In this document: positions 1 through 12,317 of the stretch, piece after piece
Position numbering within the stretch: the stretch's first letter is position 1
Layout: every line of letters starts with the position of its first letter
Source of the DNA: Moniliella sp. 'wahieum'
Lineage: Eukaryota
Assembly: GCA_003971905.1 (NCBI GenBank)
Contig: RSEE01000100.1
Coordinates: 1-64,000 of the forward strand
Length of the DNA stretch: 64,000 bases
Reading direction: 5' to 3'
The notes under the pieces: generated by a model
Seen by the model: only the letters and a program-made list of their open reading frames with translations
Database searches by the model: none
What the model was told of the DNA's origin: nothing
Translations under genes and position numbers: made by a program

Positions 1-504
1 CTATCCACCATTCCCCCCAACCCCCCCCCAGCAAAGCACGAACAAACAGGAATGCATACTAGCCTAGGGCCAAGGACACGAGATAGGATACAGAAGAACG
101 GGCGAGCGGGATGCGGTGTTGCGTATGTGGCAGATGGGTGCAGAGCAGGAAAGGAAAAGGACAAGGGAAAGAAATGGGGAAGGAATGGGAAAGGAAGAGC
201 GGCGGTGGTACTAACCAGAAGAAGGGATGTAGGCAGAAGGGGAGAAGGAGCAAGTGCGAAAGGAGAAACGAGATGGGGGCAGCGAGGGAGCCAGAAAGAA
301 AACACAACCCGCAAAAACCACAACCACAACCACACAACTAAAACAAAAAACAAAAAAACAAGAACAGAAGAAAATAAGGTCCAACAGGATCCCCAATGGG
401 GGTCGGGGGGTCGGGGTATGGAAACGAGCTCGGCAATGCGAGCGGGAGGCAAACCGACAAACGTCAAGCGTACCCCATCAAGCGTCAAGCGTCAACGCCA
501 TCGC

Positions 505-2722
505 TCACACCGGGTGGGTCGGAGAGCGCGTACAAAGCGCTGTCCTGGGACACCGAGCCCGATTCGGGGCGGGGCGGGGTAGACTGGCGCAGTTCAGTTT
601 GGGAGCCATAGAAGGGGGATCCTGAGGCGAGTTGTTCCACGTCCCTCGGTTGCGTGGCGGGGTGAGACCGAGACTAGACCGAGACCCAGAAAATGAACGC
701 GGGGCGCCAGCACCGCCGTTCCTGTTCCTCCTGCGTCGGCGGCAGAGGAAAAAGACGAGCAGGCCAGCGGCCGCGGCGAGGGCCAGCACACCACAAGGCA
801 CCGCCACGGCAATCGCTACGATCCCCCGGTGGACAAGCCGTGGTGGGAACTGTGAGAGCTGGACGAACTAAATGTAGGTGCTGGACCGCTATCTGAGCCG
901 GACGGATTGGCATCTGGGCCTTCGCCCGACTGACCCAGCGCAGCACAGTTGCTCTGGTTGACAGCGGCGTTGGATCCCAGTTGGGACCCAATGTGGCTAC
1001 CAACGCCGAGCCGTCAGGCACGCTGATGGTCACGGCCCCCGAGCCGTCGGCGGTGGTACGCTCGACGGTATTGTTGCCTGCCGAGGTGGGATGGCGTCGG
1101 AGCGGGTTTCGAACGACAGTCCATTCCACGTCGTGTTGGTTGTTGCATCTGTGCCGGCGGCGAGGAGACGAGAGAGGTTAAAAACGTCTTGCCTGCCAAC
1201 GAGGGAAGGTGAAGGTGAAGCTAACGCTGTTTCCGGTCGGGTTGGTCTGGTTGGTGGTTTGGGAGTGATGAGGGCCAAGCCGGTCAGGGAATTGCCAGCA
1301 TAGATGGCATAGGCCACCAGACGACCATTGTAGTTTCTGGAACGGAGGCCATGGAGATAGACGCGACACGGGTATTGCACTGTGCACCGATCACTTGTGC
1401 AATGGCCGCGTAGGCATAGTACGAGGAACGAACATGGGGCTGGACGCCGTTGGCGTAGATGGGTTGCCAGGGGGACGAGTAGGAGGTTTGGGTCATATGC
1501 ATCTGTACCGAATTCATCTGCACCGTCGCAGCATAGAGGAAAAAGTTGAACGTCCATAGCGTATTGGCAAATGTGTCCGAGATACCTTTGATGCCTTCGG
1601 GCCGATGGAGCCCATCTCGCGCAGGTAGTAAGGCCGACCAATCTGTTTGGCCTCCTGCGCTTGGTCGATCCATTCGGTAAGTTGATTCTCCGTGTTTTGG
1701 AAGTCAAGCAGCCAGTCGTTCGTGATGGGGAAGTCGGACACGCCGATGTAATACTGCTCATGCACAACGCATTGTCGTCAGCCATGATGCCCCCTATATA
1801 GAGTTTCCTTCCCATACCCAGGACAACTGGATGGCACACCCAGACGAAGCAGCGGGGCCGGGGGGGGGGGGAGAAGAAAACGTACAAGATAATTGTGCTG
1901 GTTAGCGCCGGCAATGAAGATACCGTTGCCCGAGGCAACGCGTTGGTGTCCTGGACCAAGTTGGAGATGCGGCGGTACGGACGTCCATTCTTGTCGGCGG
2001 TGGTGGCGGGTGACGGCGGCCTCGAAAAAAATCAGAGGACTTGTTACGGGGAGCCAAGACCTGGGAGTGGATGGCCTGGACACGAGCAATCCACTCGGCG
2101 CCATAATCTTGTTCGGAATAGCCTTCGGCGCGGGGGGTACTGGTTGATGAGTAGAGGTCCGGTTCGTTGCCCACCTCAAACCCGGCAATTTTGACGTTCT
2201 TTAGGTTGTCCAGCACGGCCGCGGCCTGTTCGACAAGCGCGGGATGGCATCCGAGCCATTGTACGCCAAGTTAAGGCCAAACGTGACGGGCGTGCCGGCG
2301 GGCAAGCGGTCCACCGCAGACAAGAGACCGTTGCCATAGTACCAGCGTGAGGTGGTGTCGCCGCTTGCATTGTTCTGGAGAGAAGGCGAGGAGGAAGCCA
2401 CGTCGTCATAGAGCATATTGTCGCCCGTGTTGCCGCCCAAGCGCAGGTGCGGGGGCACGCCAGTGTACTGGCCCAGGTTGGAGAGGAGTTGGTAGGTGAG
2501 GGGATTGACGGAGTTGGTGCCAGTGAAGGCAAGCACGTTGCTGGGCTCAATGCCGACGCCAGCAAAGGACGGGAGCAGGGTCTGGGACAGGGATGAGCCG
2601 GCGCCGCTGGCATTGAGCGCCGGGGTGAGACCGACGCTGGCGACGGCTGCCGTGGCGGGGGGCGACGGATGCGGCGGCGAGGGCGAGGGCCAGGGCGGTG
2701 GCAGCATGCCTGCAGAGACCAT
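505..2722 (-). CDS. Glycoside hydrolase family 79 (beta-glucuronidase-like), signal peptide and C-terminal TM anchor; frameshifted in this assembly
   Basis: Collinear ORF pieces carry GIEPSN, LRLGGNTGD, TFGLNL, FEVGNEPDLY (GH-A acid/base motif), YYLREMGS (nucleophile region), ISDTFANTLWTFNFFLYAAT and YYAYAAIAQVIG. N-terminal [13 protein letters not shown] lies in an adjacent frame; C-terminal VPCGVLALAAAAGLLVFFLCRRRRR. Intron GTACGT..TAG at about 1885-1794. 3' end approximate. Confidence 0.85.
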
Positions 2723-5699
2723 GGCGAGCAGAGAGGGGAGGGAGGGGGTGGTGGAAGACGGAGGGCAGAAGGAAGGACGGAGGCTGGGGGCGGACGAAGC
2801 GGTTCGGGGTTGCTTGGGCTGAGCTGAGCGTCAGCAGTGAGCGAGTGGTGTGGTGGGGGGGGGCAGGAGGCAGGCCGGGGGCTGAGAGCTGCGAGGGGGG
2901 TGTGGAGAAGCGACGAGGGGCGACCACACTCGCTCGAGCGGCAGACGGACGACTGGGTGCTGCGCTCTGAAGGCATAAGCAAGACAGACGAGGTGACGAT
3001 GACGTTGGATGGACTCAGCTTGCTCGGTGCGCTGAGTGAGCTAGTGGCGGGTGCGGCCTGGGGCAGTGACTATAAAAACTCGGGAACAAAAACGAAGGCC
3101 GTCTGAGATCTGAGATGGGACGCACCAAACACACCGAGAGTGCTGGAGGGGCGCCAGCGCTGCGGCTGGGCGACCGGGGGCTCCTGTGCTGCGGGGCGCC
3201 TCTGCTCAGCTCGGGCTGAGTACTCCGACTGGGTGCTGACGGCGAGGCGGCCGACGAGCAGCGCAGCCCGCCAATCGTCGCTAATCCAAGTAAGGATTAA
3301 CGTTTCGCGTTTAACATTCCATTTCGCGGCAGCGGGGAGCGCTGAGCGCTGATCGATGATCCGATCCCACAGCGCTGCAGAGCCCACTCCCCCGCTGCAC
3401 CCTGGTGCGCCAACCCTAATCAGCCGGAGGATGACGGAGCGGGAGGGTTAGACCGGTTCGAGGGGGTGGCAAACAACAGGCGATGTGCCCGGCACTATTA
3501 CCGCTCACACTACCCATGGGCCGCAGGCACGTTTGGGCACTTGCCTGGCCAGCACATTATCTCTCCGACCAGCCTTCCTTTCCAGGCCATCCCCCACCGC
3601 ATCACGCACATGTGTCACACACTAGCCCCCCGTCCCGCAGCACGCGCCACGCGCCACGCCAGGCCACGCCCTGTGCCCCCCCCCCGCCTCACAGCGTCTT
3701 CAACGCATCTTGATCAACCCGTTAAAAAATGGCCCTTGGGGACAATGCAACCTTCTCCAAACGCCCCTCCAACAGTGTCGCTCCATCATCCATCAACGTT
3801 CCACATCCCAGGTCGGAGCAGCCCGGAGCGCGGAGCGGTGGCTATTTAGACCGGGTGCGCTTACGCTTATAGGACGAAGCTCAGCAACGCCCAGCCTGCC
3901 AACAGAGTGTGAGTGCTTGGAGCTTGGAGCTTCGCAGACGTTTTTGGCCTTGCTAGATACATCCAAAGTGGTCTGGCCAGCATGGCAGAGGGCCTGGCAG
4001 GGCCTGGCCCCTAGGGTGCTACAAGCGGTGACCAGTGCCCGCTCACGCGCTCACTGCGCTGAGGCTCAGCGTTCAGCTGAGCTCAGCGCTGACTACGATC
4101 GCTTGACTACTCCAGAGTGCCTCAGCCAGCGCTGAACGCTGAACGAACGCTGAACGCTGAAACGTTGAACATCCGCTGAGCCTCAGCGCGCTGAGCAGAT
4201 GGCATATGCTCTTCAAGCTTCGAGCTTCAAGCGACCAGTCTAGTGATTAGTGCTATCCCTGCTCGGTCGCTCCGGCCGAAGTGCCCCTAGATCCATTTCG
4301 CTCGCAGCCACATTGTTTTACACCTTCCGCTGTAAGTGCTGAGGGGCCTAAGGCCACCTGATGCTGAGCGCTGATGTGATTAATCCTTCTCGTGGACATC
4401 ATATCGCATTCTGCGTGGATCCCCTCCTATTTTTTGACCTGTTTTGTCTTCATCTATAACGTTCTCGAATGCGTAGAAAAATGCTTTCTCGCGTGCACCA
4501 GAATATAGCCGCACTCGCGCGTGTCATCAAACCGTCGTTCATGCGCGGGAAAAGGTGCGTAAGGGGGGGGGGGGGGTTCCTGCGGGCTGAGGCTGCTTGG
4601 GCCGCGTCCAGCCTGCGGCCCTTAACGTTTAACATTTAACGTTTAACGTTTAACAAGCTTAACAGCTCGAAGCATGAATGAAGGCGAAAGTCCAAGCATG
4701 CCTAGTAGTGCAGCACTGTACTCTGATCTTCAGTGCACCGGCCTGCCACCCCAGAACTGTGGAACCCAGTATATACATGTGGGATGGGACCACGATTCAT
4801 TGCCAGAGCAACGTGCTAAACGCAAGGCTGCGCACATTTGGTTCGCTAATGCGTCCGCCCATAGGCGCCGCCGGAAGGGCAGTCCAGGCAACACCCCCGC
4901 AACAACCCAACAACCCAAACCCCCAAACCCCGCAGGAGAAAAAAAAGAAAAAAGGCTCCCCTGAACTCCCAGGATCTCAGCATCTCAGGTCTCATACATC
5001 ATGGATCTCATGAATAACGTACTGTTACCGAACTGTGAGTTTAACGTTTAACGTTTACTCAGTCTCGGGCCGGAGGTACTGGTACCGACCCATTGATCGA
5101 CCGTTGAACCGCGCAGCGCTGAGGCTCAGGCCTCAGCCTCAGCCTCAGCCGCGCTCCGATCTCCCCGGACTGCGGACCTTTGCCTCCGGACCAATTAGGT
5201 CGGCCCGTCTCGCGCCTGGTCGCCAGTCGCCAGCGTCCCCCGCCCCTCCGTCGAACTATTTTCAAGGGAAGCAAAGTTTTTAGTACTTTCCAGAGTGAGC
5301 CCGTGAAGTGTGTGAGGCGGGTGATCAGCAATTCATGGTCGGAGCATGATGCATGATGCATGATGCATGATGACCTGGCTGACATGCGACATGCGAAATG
5401 TGACATGTGACATGTGAGTGTGACGGGTGTGCCTGGTTGTGCACAGAACTGGCAAGGCCCACTGGTCCGCCCTGCCCGAATAGGAAGGAGGGAGGACAAG
5501 CGAGATAGATACGGATGGCACAACCCTACCGCAGTGTACCCACCCGTACCACGTCCCCTCCTATGCGTGTCGCGCATTAATCATTCTGCATCAACCAGCA
5601 ACGTTCAACCTTCAATCCCCCCCACACGCCTCCCTCGCCCATCCGCACCACGCAGCCCCAGCCCCCACCACCACACCCCCAGCCAGTCCGCCATGCCAC

Positions 5700-7600
5700 A
5701 GTACATCGCAGCTGGGCCAGCGACCAGCACCAACTGAGCTGCAGCGGCGTTGAAGCGCACAGTACACGCACTTGTACCGTTCTCTCCCGAGGCACCGTCA
5801 ACTTCATTTGCTTCGATGGTCAGTACGAGGTGGACGGCGGAAGAGGGCGGTGTGCAGGCAGCGTCGGGTGGCCTTTGTAACGGCAAGCCATCTGTTAAGA
5901 CCCACGCGGCTATAGTATTTTGGGGGAAAAGGGGTGCTGTCAACTCCGCAACCCGGGTTCCTACATCTTACTCATCGATCAAAGGGGCAAAGCATGTTCA
6001 GGGTGGAAAGGGAAGGATATATGGGCCCCATGCAATTGCGCAGAATGGCTATGCTTTTTCAAAAGGGCTCTGGTGGACTAATAGGATCCGGCTCGTGGTC
6101 AACCTCGTGCAGCAAGAAAACCCTTGAACAGACATGCGAGGACACGATAGAGAGGCGGACGCTTTGCATCGAGACGCGCGACCCTGACCACCTAAATCGC
6201 ACGCGTCATGTTGGCTCTGAGAAAGGAAGGAAGGAAGGACGGGAGCGTACCTTCTTTTGACTGTCCCGTTCGTCCTTCCCGGGGGGGTGCGGACCCCAGC
6301 GCATTGCTCCCTATGGGTGGCACTGAAGTCAATTTCCCGCTGCGACACCGCCGTTTCTCGTTCATCCTCAATCTAATTCAACACAGATGCCAGGATCCTG
6401 AGCATTCCGAACCGCTTGGCATCGGTGCGAAGGGTATGGAGAAAATGATGAAGGTTGTGTTGGCCATCAGCCGTTGCGAACAAACGGGTCAGTGCGCAAG
6501 CGGTGAAATGGTTCGGTCCGATGTTCGTTGAGAATGACAGCTATTGTCACCAATGATTTAGAAACGATAGAGAGGGTGTCACCAAGTGCCAAGGGAATGA
6601 GCGCGAGAGACAAGAAAATGCACCTTTGTCATCCGTAAGCTTGCCATGGAAAATGAGAGTAGATTCATCCCCTTACTATCTTGATACAGTGCTTGGCGTT
6701 TGTCCGCTGATTGTGCACATTCGAATGCATGTCTCTCACGACGGATGAAAACGTCAACGTTGGTCCCATCTATACGCATAGCGTAGAAGCGTTAAGAAAA
6801 GAGGAAGCCCACCTCTGTTGACTTGGTGAATTTCTTCTGGTGTTCCTCGAACTTCGAAGCAAGCCTGACGCGTCCCACTTGGGGCCTCGTTCGATCCTCG
6901 ATGGGTCACTCTTGAACAAACGCTTGGAATTCGGCCAGCACATACTACTAAAGTTGACGAGTGTGGTCTCTAGTTCGGCCGCTACTTGTTCGCGTAAATG
7001 GGTAATATGTATTTCAGCACACAGTGGACCTGCTTTCTCGAAAGGCACAAAATCGGTCTCTCTGCTTTGGGGGTGAGCGTGAGCTGCTCCACTTCCTCCA
7101 GCACTCGCCCAAGCTATGCTCCAAGGCCAACATGGTCCTTATCAGCCTGGATTGGCACCGGGGCCTGAGTTCGGCGTGCTGCCGATGCCAATTAGGAATG
7201 CTCACACTCGCGGACAAGATGGCTACGTTGGTTACTCGGCCCGTTCCTGCATCAACAGTTGTGCATGCATCCCGGCCCTTTTCATATCGGCCTCGGCCGA
7301 TCCGCTGGATCCAGCCTTTGTTACCCAAGAAAGAGCGAAGAGGGACGTAGAACGTCCCGCTGTCATCGGTGCCCGAGAGCGTGGCTCGATTGGGCTCACC
7401 TCGACGACCAACCATGCCTTGTACTGCGCTTCAAACTCGACCCCGCTCACGGCAGGCCAGGACAAGCTCTTGCTGCCATGCCTTGGCTGACGGTTCACCC
7501 GGACTGCCCCACAGTCCGGGCGAGGTGGGTGCGGTACTCACGCGGGCCAATTCCGGAGAGTGGGAGGGGGATGGCGTGGGTTGAGGAAGTGACAATGCCA
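5700..7600 (-). other. Possible fragmented or decayed coding sequence of unknown function
   Basis: Several consecutive minus-strand fragments look protein-like (GTDDSGTFYVPLRSFLGNKGWIQRIG; EIHITHLREQVAAELETTLVNF; MRIDGTNVDVFIRRER), but I recognise no family. Confidence 0.2.
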
Positions 7601-7986
7601 CTGTCTTGAAGGAAGCGGATTGCCAAGCGGGTGGGCGAGCCTTGAGGTAGGGAAGGTTAGTGGGGGATCCTACCGTTATGTAATACTACACAATCCTTGT
7701 TGTGCGCTGGCTGGGTCGATCCGAGCGGCAAGGCCAATTGGCAATTGGAGTCAACTTTGAGGTCCCTCTCACGCGGCACTAACATCAACTTATTGTTCCA
7801 GCCGATAATCGATAATCGATAACCTCCAATCTCCCAATGAGCGAGCTCCCCTGGATCCCTCCCACTTCGCGCCTCGCTCACCTCGGACCTTTACTAGTTA
7901 CTACACCTACGGCAACTACAGGGAAGGTACCGTCCAAGACGACTGGAGCAAGTTCGTTGACTCTGTTGGGTCCAACGTCCCTAGGC

Positions 7987-8682
7987 TCACAGTGCCAAGG
8001 GTAACCCTTGGCAGAAAGTAGAGTAGGCGTGCTCCGAGTACCGAAATGACAAGCTAAGTAGCATAATACATCGCCAGAACCCTGCAGGGGTGGGGACGTT
8101 GCTATTTGCACATACCGCCCACAGGGAGAAGGGGGGGTGGCGGAGGGGCGAGTCGGGAGAAACGGGTATGGCGCGCGCGCGCCCCCTCCCCCCCACACCT
8201 CCCTGAGGTTCAACGGCGCTTCTTACGCCCTGGTTCATCTGAGCGGGCAACCAATCTGGGTCCACGTTCTCAGGAAGAGGCGGTGTGTCGACAGCAGAGG
8301 AGATGGCTTGCCTCTGCTGCTCCAGGTCGCGCGTAACCTCGTCGGCCGAGACGTCTTCACCAGCACGAATGCGGGCGGCCAAGGCAGGTGAGATGCTGAC
8401 CTTTTTGATGTTGGTTTGGAACCCCGGTGCACCACGTCCAAGGCCCGTGGTGGGTCGTAGGCGCCCGTGTAGGCAGTCTTAGCCTTCTTGCCCCGGCGCC
8501 GCTTGGGCTTGGAGGCTGGCTTGCTCAGTACGCGGTAAAGCACCAGCCCCACAAAGCCCAGCGCGCAGAGTGGGAGCGCCACCCAGGCGGGTGAGGGGTT
8601 AGTGGCCTGTGCCTGCTGTGGGGCCGTGAGAGAGCGGTGAGAGAGGGGGGACCTACAGAGAGACGGTTTGCCCCGACGACAT
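7987..8682 (-). CDS. Small single-pass membrane protein of unknown function (frameshifted)
   Basis: ATG at 8682 and GTAGGT donor at 8656. TM segment WVALPLCALGFVGLVLY is followed by basic RVLSKPASKPKRRRGKK, then ARIRAGEDVSADEVTRDLEQQR...VDPDWLP in the next frame. Confidence 0.45.
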
Positions 8683-9049
8683 GGGTGCGGAGATGAAGAA
8701 GGTGGTGGCCGCATTCGTGGAGCTTCGCACCGACGGGTGAGTGCGAGGAGGACGCATCACGTGATACGTTGAAATGTGAAAGTTGGGAGGAGCAAGCACG
8801 CGGTTGACAAGCAGTTTCAAATTTCACCTTTCACCGCATCTCTAACCGACAGCACTCAGTCTGAGTACTCTATATCAGAGTGCGCCTCCAACTTCCGAGA
8901 TTCGCGCTCGCCTCAAGCTTCCAGTCTGCCTTCAGGTGTACGAAGCGACGCAGAAAAGGCTCTGACCTAGGTGCCACCTAGTTTTTAAACCAAATACCGA
9001 TCAGCGAACGTCGATAATCAAGTACCCGGTGAGCGAATTTTAGTTTAGT

Positions 9050-9900
9050 TGAAGGCGAGCAAGGTTGCGCCTCAGATCACCACTACTGTCTTCATCTCCC
9101 GAATCGCCGTCCGAGTATTCATATGATGGAGATAGGCAAGAAGAGGGTGCTTGGGTTTCGCAGATCCAACGGCTGTCGGTGCCACAGAAAGAGATATTAG
9201 GTAGCAGGAATGATCAGTTTTAACGCGTTTGGTTGTGTTTGCCGCATATCTGCCGAGGTTGTCTAGTAGTAGCGAGGACGTGCGGGAACTGAACCGTGTT
9301 GAGACCCAGATTAGGTTGTAACGGTACTGGGTTGGGGGACAAGGCAGCCTGGGTTCGACTAGTGATAGTGGGGCTCACAAATCCGGTGCGTGCACCCTTC
9401 TAGATATGAGGAGGCTGACCGATCGTGACCCGACCCAGGGCAGGCCTTTTTGGAATCGAAGACCTGGCTCGCACAGCAGCCAAACTTTGAGTTAGGTGTA
9501 AAACCATGCCATGGGTGCGAGTGCTCTGTTGCTGTCGTCAAAAGGATATTTTGGGCCTGCCAGTGGGGACTCACTGAGCCACGTTGCAATGCGCAGCCTG
9601 CAGATGAGCATGAGCTTGGGCTGCCTGTCCTGGTCCAACCGTCGCCGTGGCAACACCAGTACCGGCAACATTATCTTGACCCTGAAAGCACTGCACTACA
9701 TCGCTCCCTGGGGTACGCTGCCCATTCGAAGGTTCAGGAGTGGAATCGGGCGGGTAACTGGGAGGATGTTGGGGCCCCCACCGGCTCTGAGCAATTGGCT
9801 GTGGAATAGCCTGAGCCATAGTCGGTGCCATAGTCGGAGCCAAGAGCGGAACAAGAGGCTGGAGAGGAGTTGTTGTGTGATCGCAAACGGGAGATGGATC
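9050..9900 (-). pseudogene. Decayed inverted paralog of the 17.35-18.3 kb part of the giant repeat-protein gene
   Basis: Collinear matches (minus vs plus): PVCDHT/PVWDHT, MAQAIPQ/MAQPIPQ, VQCFQGQDNVAGTGVAT/VQGFHGQNVAHTGVAT, HLQA/HLQA, IPKRP/IPKRP, and DNA ttcgggagatgaa in both copies. Contains stops and frameshifts. Confidence 0.75.
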
Positions 9901-12089
9901 TATCGTTGTTTGACCACAAATCTCATCGTGCGCCCATGTGCACCCCCTCATCAGTAGGATGATTGGGATAATGACCAAAAGCAGGGACCGCGCACCAAGG
10001 GAGAGCGGGTTTTGGCCGCTGGCTGCCAACATATTGCTACTGCCACCAACGATTATCCTCTTCTTCTCTTTGTTGAGACGATGAAGCAGGCCAGTCCCAA
10101 TACCGATACAGCATCTCCCAAGCGTGGTGCCAAAATCATTCACACCTTAGAGGGTTAGTTCGACTTAGTAGTCTGACTGAGCCCCCACGAAGAGATTTTA
10201 AGGTCTTCCTCGATTCAGCCTTCCACAGGGCAGACAAGTGACACAAGGAAAATCATCGACAAGGAACTTCTTACTGTCGCCCAGGGTCGATCGAGCGTGC
10301 TCTACAGACGTCTCGAGGCCCACAAGAACACCTTTGCGAACCGTCCGAACTATGCGAACCTGTCGGTCAGGATCATCATGGAGCCGGACAAGGAAGCCAC
10401 CTCCAGCGTCATTCCCATATATACCACATCTCATAGATGTCATGGTCCCAGCGATGCATTCGGGAGCGTTAGTACCTTCAATTCATTCGGCCTCTGTCCC
10501 TTGCAACCTTCACATCTTCCCCACGCATCGTTCCTTCAAGATGAGATGCATAGTAAGGGTCTGTGCCAGTCGCACGCACGATGGCACACAACCTGCAGGA
10601 GATGCAGCAATACGTAACTCAATGCCACCTCTTTTTGAGATGGGATGGCCCTCAGCTTCTCTCTCAATATGACTCAGTACTTTTTTTCGTATTCGCCACG
10701 TATACTGCAGTTCGAGCATGCTCCGACAGTTGTATATATAGATGGCGGGGAAGAGGCAAGCATCAGTACGAGACTATATTCATAACATCATTTTTCGTAG
10801 AAGAGATTAAGCTGCGTAAGGCTGGGAACGAAGAAATACTGCGCTTAATCGCATCCCTCATCTGTGACGCGCGTGCTGCTTGAGTTTTTTCGTCACAACT
10901 GTCATATGATTGTGCTGGGCACCTCTCTGCTCCAGAGAGGCCACACTGTCAGCACTAGTCACTGTCTCTGCTCAAAGCGGGACGAACACTGTAAAGCTGT
11001 GCAGGCCAGTGACTATTTGCTCCATGTGGCACCGATGGCCTGGGTAGGGTCGTGTTTGAGGGGTAAAGAAAAAAAAAAAACAGAGAACCGCGAAGAGAAA
11101 ACCAGTACTTAGCGAAATCGATAGAAACCCCCCACATCCCCACGCAAATTAAAATATACCCGCACTTTGAAAGTTTCCTCGCATCAAGTCGCGGAGTTGC
11201 AACGTCGCTGGACAGCTGGCGAGGCTGACACACTGCGCCACCACGCACTGGGGCAGCCTTCAGACTAGCAACGATAGGCATAGTCAGTATATAGTCTCAC
11301 TTGTACTGTCACTTGTCACTTGGCTGCCACTAGTAGCCACCCACTATACTCTTGTGTTGCGCACCATTGGCAGCTTTTCGCCACCCATAATCCATTCGTG
11401 CTGCCTGAGCGCCTGCTGGCTTGAACACATGCACCACACTCGCCCCACGGGGGCGTCGTGTGTCGTGGGGCATGATGCATGACAGGTGACATCCGCCGCG
11501 TGCACCTTCTGTCGTCGCGTTGGGGAAGACTGCTGGGCGCGAGTGCAGAGGTGCCCTCTCAGGCTCAGGTGCGTACAGCCGGAAGTGCAAAAACACCCGC
11601 CGCAATCACAATAGTAGTGACTACATCGGGCGTTTTGCTCCTACATGTATAGCCGCACGGACTGTGACACTGTGCGATGCCGACGAGCGTCGGAGAAGAG
11701 GATGCACTCGTCGAGTGCGCGAGCAGTAGAGCGCAGTGCGCATGGTCGTGCACAGAGCATAGTGTGGCCTCCCCAGCTGGTCGAGCTGCTCTGTGTCTCT
11801 AACTCGATCCAAACCCCAGGCCCAACGCCGCCTCGGGGCCACGGAGGCTGTGTTGTCCCTCTCGCTGGCTGGGCAGAGGCGAACGGATGGATGATGCATG
11901 GGAGCCATAGGCGGCGTTGGGCTCTTCTGACTTGCCTCTGCACTAGTCCGCACCAAACGGTAGAAGCTTATTCGCCGTGGTATATGCGCGAATTTGCCTT
12001 AGTCCATAAGCAAGAGAGCAGCCAGGCCGCCCAAATTGGCGCAGAGTCAGTTCAGGTGCCTGCCCTCGCCACCATCCACCCACCACTAC

Positions 12090-12245
12090 CCATTCATCTC
12101 CCGCCACCACCTCATCCACTCCCGCCACCACCTCATCTACTCCTGCCACCGCCTCATCCACTCCTGTCACCGCTCATCCCTTCCCGCCACCGCCTCATCC
12201 CCTCCCGCCACCGTCTCATCCACTCCCGCTACCGCCACCTCCACC
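12090..12245. repeat. 21-bp minisatellite (CATCCACTCCCGCCACCRCCT), about 7 degenerate copies
   Basis: Read directly from the sequence just upstream of the giant ORF. Confidence 0.85.
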
Positions 12246-12317
12246 CCCCGAACCCCACGATGCCTCCATTGGCAGCCGGCACAGCGTGGGGCCCACATCC
12301 ACGCTCACATACTGCCA

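Noticed and set aside
3405..3455. Isolated TTAGGG/CCCTAA-like words (also near 10150, 49036 and 60005) as interstitial telomere
   Set aside because: Single copies only, with no tandem array.
6579..6779. IDGT motif (MRIDGTNVDVFI) as a PIF/Harbinger transposase
   Set aside because: Only a 4-residue match; no downstream Harbinger catalytic motifs or TIRs found.
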